Shown here one piece after another: positions 60,434 to 64,000 of a stretch of DNA of 64,000 nucleotides (its first letter is position 1; every line of letters starts with the position of its first letter). A program made the position numbers and the translations under genes. The notes below the pieces were generated by a model. That model was not told the origin of the DNA and searched no databases. It saw nothing but the letters and a program-made list of their open reading frames with translations. Source of the stretch: an uncultured Gammaproteobacteria bacterium (GTDB lineage Bacteria; Pseudomonadota; Gammaproteobacteria; JACCXJ01); assembly GCA_963764725.1 (NCBI GenBank), contig CAVXTM010000015.1, forward strand, positions 32,001 through 96,000, written 5' to 3'.

Positions 60434-60940
60434 GCTTAATGCCCATCGCATTGCGTTGATAACAAGTCGCTCTCGTCGCACGTCGTTTTTATAAGAAGTA
60501 CCTGGCGACCAGCTCGCGACCCGCCCGGGTGATAAACCCGTCGTCGCTGATGAGACCAAGCTCCTGGCAGACGAGGAAGGGCATCCCGGGCATACCCTTG
60601 GGCAAATACACGGTCCCATCGCCGTAGCGGCAGGCGAGAACCCGGACCAGCTCCCTCTCGCTTGGGCTTGACATCTGATGAATCGGATAAGTGTTCATGG
60701 GACTACCTCCTCCAAGTGACGGTCGCGATCGTGCGTCGATTAGCGTGTCTCATGTACCTCCTTTTCCTATGCTTGATAAGGCGGTGCCGCATCCTCAACA
60801 ACTACCTCTCGTCGCATGCCAGGGAATTCGATTCCCCTTGAATGTATATTTCTCGCGCAGCCGGAAAAGGTTCATTTCTGAGAGCCACCGTGTGGGCGGA
60901 CCAGCGGTTACAGCTCTAGGAGGAGATAGCAGCGATGAAC
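60414..60940. repeat. Divergent promoter/RBS block duplicated at 63802-63993, here interrupted by 336 bp
   Basis: 60414-60480 matches 63802-63868; 60806-60940 matches 63858-63993. Confidence 0.85.
60489..60698 (-). CDS. Small hypothetical protein (69 aa) within a direct-repeat-bounded segment
   Basis: Strong RBS GGAGGAGG; LGLI..DG.IT.AG resembles a winged-helix end. Confidence 0.55.
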   Translation of the reverse strand: MNTYPIHQMSSPSERELVRVLACRYGDGTVYLPKGMPGMPFLVCQELGLISDDGFITRAGRELVARYFL

Positions 60941-61222
60941 TCTCACGGATGCGTTTGCACATCCCGTATGCTTGGTAGGTTGAACAGTACCAAAGGAGCC
61001 AAGCTCACTTTATTTTGCTGCGCCCTCGGCCTGCCGCGGGGGCTTGGCCTCGCATCGCTGCCCAGTCATTCGCTCTATCGCCGTGTAATTAATCGATCCT
61101 GGCCCATTTTCAGTTCCTGGGCGTGCTGGTCGGCTGTCGATCACGTGGTTTGGTGCGCCGCGGACCGCGCTTGGGTGTAGCTATTAGTCCGACCCGGTGG
61201 AGGCCGCGGCCCTACACGTGGC

Positions 61223-61345
61223 TCACTGACCCGCTGTCACCGGAATGGCGGCGCCGTTCACGAACGACGCCGCTTCCCACCAGCAGCGACACGTACGCCG
61301 CCACCTCGTCAGCGGTGCGGTAGCGGCCCACCGGGACAGGGCGTG
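61223..61345 (-). pseudogene. C-terminal fragment of an SDR oxidoreductase
   Basis: VPVGRY.TADEVAAYVSLL plus frameshifted EAASFVNGAAIPVTAGQ*. Confidence 0.55.
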
Positions 61346-61347
61346 CC

Positions 61348-61690
61348 CTACTGGGTCATCACCTCGACGTCGATGGCGCTGTCGAACAGCCAGGCCTTGC
61401 TCCAGACGTCGCGGGTCTTGAACCAGAATCCACTGGCTGCCGCGGTCGCTGCCGACCGCTTCGGTCCTGTACGACCACGGCCCGCCACTGTCACCGGGGA
61501 CCGCGTTGAGGTCTTCCATGGCTACGAGGTTCGACACCAGCCCGCCCGAGAAGGTGAGCGAGGTGACGAACGTCGAGTACACCTGGTCGCACGTCCGGGT
61601 GCCCTGCCTCGGCTGTACACGCAGTAGGTGTTGTTCACAGCTGCGGAGGTCTCCACCGAGTTGACCTCCCTGAGGTCGGTCGGGCTGGCT
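61348..61690 (-). pseudogene. C-terminal fragment of an S1 (alpha-lytic/streptogrisin-like) serine protease
   Basis: PGDSGGPW catalytic-Ser motif; frameshifts; no N-terminal half. Confidence 0.6.
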
Positions 61691-61697
61691 GACCTCC

Positions 61698-63328
61698 TCA
61701 GTACAGGCACCGCGGCCCGGCGCTGAACTGCACGACCGGATCGGTAACGGGGTGGTTCGCCAGCGTCGGGTCACCCACGTCGCCAGTGTCGAGCGTCCGA
61801 TACAGCACGCCGGCGCTCGAGTACCAGTCCCAGATCGCGTCGTTCGAGCGAGATCGCGGCGCCGACTGAGACCCAGCCGAGGGCCGGATCGTCCGTCGAG
61901 TCCGGCGTGGTCTGCGACGTGTACACACCGGTGCTCTCCAGCCCGACGTGCTGGCGGCAGCGCGGCCCGAACACTGCGGTCACGTTGTTGCCGGTGTCGT
62001 CGAAGACCTGCTCGAGCGACTGGCGCATGAGGTCGGTGAAGTCGTCCTTCGTCGTGTATCGCCCCGTCCGTCCCACCATCAGTTGCTCGCCGGTCGGCCA
62101 CGGCGCGATCCACTGGTCGTCGATGACGCTGTCCTCGAGGTCGACGCGCACGAAGGTCTCGGTCTCGATGAACGGCACGCCGCCGTACATGAGGGTCAGC
62201 AGCGTGCCGAAGTACGAGCAGCGATCGAGGCGGCCGATCGGCTCGTAGACGGCGCGGCAGCTCTCGTCGACGAAGGCGTCTACCGCGGCGTTCCAACCGC
62301 TCGACCACGACGCCGTCGCCATCGTGATGCGGTGAGAGTAGTACGGCGTGTCGCCGAGGCCGTTGGCGTTCGTGTCGACCCAGATGTCGTTGCCGATCAG
62401 CACGTCGTCGGTCATGTCCATGTTGGCGTCGATGACGAGTCGCTTCGTCGGCGCGGCGAGCACGCCGAGGAACCAGTCGGCGTTCTGGATTGCGCCTTTC
62501 GCGCCAGCCGACGTGCCGGTGAAGATCACGTCGGTCGCGGCGTCCAGGTCGGGCACCACGGTGCCGTCGTCCGTCGTCCACGCCGGGTTCGCGTTCTCCT
62601 TGCGCAGCATGCGCCGCGCCGCCGACAGGATGGTGTGCCCGCGGTGGTCGATCGAGAAGTCGTTGCCGGCCCCCGCGGGGTCGGCGTAGTCCACGTCGCT
62701 CCCACGGCCGAGCCACGAGTCGGAGCTGCAGTAGTACATCCACACGTGCGTCCACTCGCGGAAGGCGTTGGCCGGATCGTCGGAGGTCATGCCCGCCGCG
62801 GCGCCGTTCAGCGGCAGGTCGATGACGCCGTCGGCGTTCCAGTCCGTGCTGCATCTTGTTGGCCTGGTACGGCAGGTTGCCCTGCTGCCCGCACCACCGC
62901 TCCAGGCACGCCGTGTGCGAGCTGCAGCTCCCGCCGCCCTGCACGTGCACGATCCATTTGGTCACGTCGGCGCCGCTGCCCGGGCGGACGTAGAACACGC
63001 CGGGCGAGCCGTCGTTGCACACCGCGTTTGGGAAGTCGGCGACGGGCACCGTGACGCGCCGCAGGCAGTCGCTCGTCGCCGGGTTGCAGCCCGCGATCTG
63101 TGACGCCCCCGCCGGCACGCTGGCTCCGGCGCCGCACATCGCGCCCCAGGCCGCGGATCCGGGCGCATCGGCCGCGGTCAGGATGTTGGAGTAGAGCGCT
63201 GCGCGAGCATCGTGGCTCAAGGCGGCGGCGATGAGTGCGAACGCGAGGGCGAGAGAGCGGCGCGGCTGCGACGGCGGTGAGATGCCGGCCCCGGCGCGCG
63301 GCGCGTCGATCGTCCTCTTGTCCAGCAT
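61698..63328 (-). pseudogene. Pectinacetylesterase/Notum-family secreted esterase with at least two frameshifts (about 62850 and 61850)
   Basis: CNDGSP..FY, QGGG.C, YCSSD.W.G, GTSAG spread over three frames. Confidence 0.75.
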
Positions 63329-63419
63329 GATAATCTCCACTTTCCTTGGGGTGGCGGTGGCCTGTCGCCCGATATAACCCTGTGCCATCCGAGAAGGTTG
63401 GCCACTTGCGCCCAAGGAG

Positions 63420-63541
63420 GACGGTGGGGTGCCAAAACCGGCGGCTGCGTCATACCCCCAATAGATGCCAATCAACGTCTGGTCCACGGTACGGCGCGAG
63501 TTTGAAGGCACGGTTCCCATCAACTCCGGCGTCGCAATCAC
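63420..63541 (-). pseudogene. Internal fragment of a vanadium-dependent haloperoxidase
   Basis: RTVDQTLIGIYWGYDAAAGFGTPP resembles the R...QT..G.YW.YD....GTPP segment of vanadium chloroperoxidases. Confidence 0.55.
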
Positions 63542-63584
63542 ACTTCTGAAGTTATATGCTTTTCCATGGATATTCTCCTGTAGT

Positions 63585-63795
63585 CGTTAACTTTGTTAAC
63601 GGTTGCTCTATAAAATAAGAATGCTGAGGAAGTCCTTCGCTGGACTCTTCAGCGTGGCAAGCAAGAGCGGGTCTTGTGCTTTCGCCTTTTGTTTTTCAAT
63701 CGTTGCCGGATTGAAAAAACGCCGGTACCTCCGTGTACCGCTTGCAGGCTGCCGCAAACCAGCGCGGTTTCCGGCAGCCTGTCAATTTCGTCAGT
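63585..63795 (-). promoter_or_regulatory. Multi-hairpin leader element, copy 2
   Basis: Diverged duplicate of 59228-59432 upstream of RBS CAGGAG and an ATG at 63567. Confidence 0.6.
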
Positions 63796-63801
63796 CTCCA
63801 T

Positions 63802-64000
63802 CCTAGTGTCATTCTCTTCATGCTTAATGCCCATCGCATAACGTTGATAACAAGTCGCTCTCGTCGCATGCCAGGGAATTCGATTCCCCTTGAATCTATA
63901 TTTCCCACGCCGCCGGAAAAGGTTCATTTCTGAGAAGCCACCGTGTGGGCGGACCAGCGGTTACAACGCTAGGAGGAGATAGCAGCGATGAACATCCCAC
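63802..64000. repeat. Second copy of the divergent promoter/RBS block; plus-strand gene starts at 63988 and runs off the window
   Basis: Near-identical to 60414-60480 plus 60806-60940; AGGAGGAGATAGCAGCGATG in both. Confidence 0.85.

Noticed and set aside
60935-61180. 81-aa plus-strand ORF as a functional gene
   Set aside because: Good RBS but no recognisable protein features, and it diverges from the paralogous start at 63988 after two codons; likely a truncated remnant
61223-63541. 772-aa ORF as a single protein
   Set aside because: Middle is an Arg-rich off-frame read; it strings together unrelated fragments

Overview
GC-rich chromosomal window from what appears to be a gammaproteobacterium (inferred from gene order and protein sequences). 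Bases 1-13.6 kb hold the conserved pyrH-frr-uppS-cdsA-dxr-rseP-bamA-skp-lpxD-fabZ-lpxA-lpxB operon, but with a GnnA-like dehydrogenase, a second LpxA paralogue and a small MITE inserted before lpxB. Next come a small accessory patch (hsdM remnant, SEC-C protein, IS200-like hairpin), smr, purL, a Ser/Thr kinase and a Cys-rich secreted protein. A metal-uptake locus follows: a CxxC/RAPP leader-peptide ORF, an outer-membrane barrel, a Zn/Mn-type ABC importer, a HIT protein and a DUF4331-TPR-HupE/UreJ triad. Further on are a nadA 3' remnant, an XamI-type restriction-modification pair bracketed by MITE ends, hppA, housekeeping genes (dacB, arfB, grxD, gcvP, rraA, Nit hydrolase), a 14-repeat RCC1/BLIP-II-like protein and a PepSY/two-component locus with a TTAAG-N6-TTAAG box. 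The last 6 kb is a decaying mosaic of frameshifted and fragmentary secreted-enzyme genes, organised around two diverged copies of a multi-hairpin non-coding leader. I recognised no tRNA, rRNA, CRISPR array or intact transposase/integrase. Best candidates for new biology: (1) a CruR-like ribosome-arrest leader heading a porin plus Zn/Mn ABC importer, (2) the duplicated covarying hairpin leader at 59.2/63.6 kb, (3) the dual-LpxA/GnnA lipid A cassette. All family calls come from motif recognition by eye, not from database searches.
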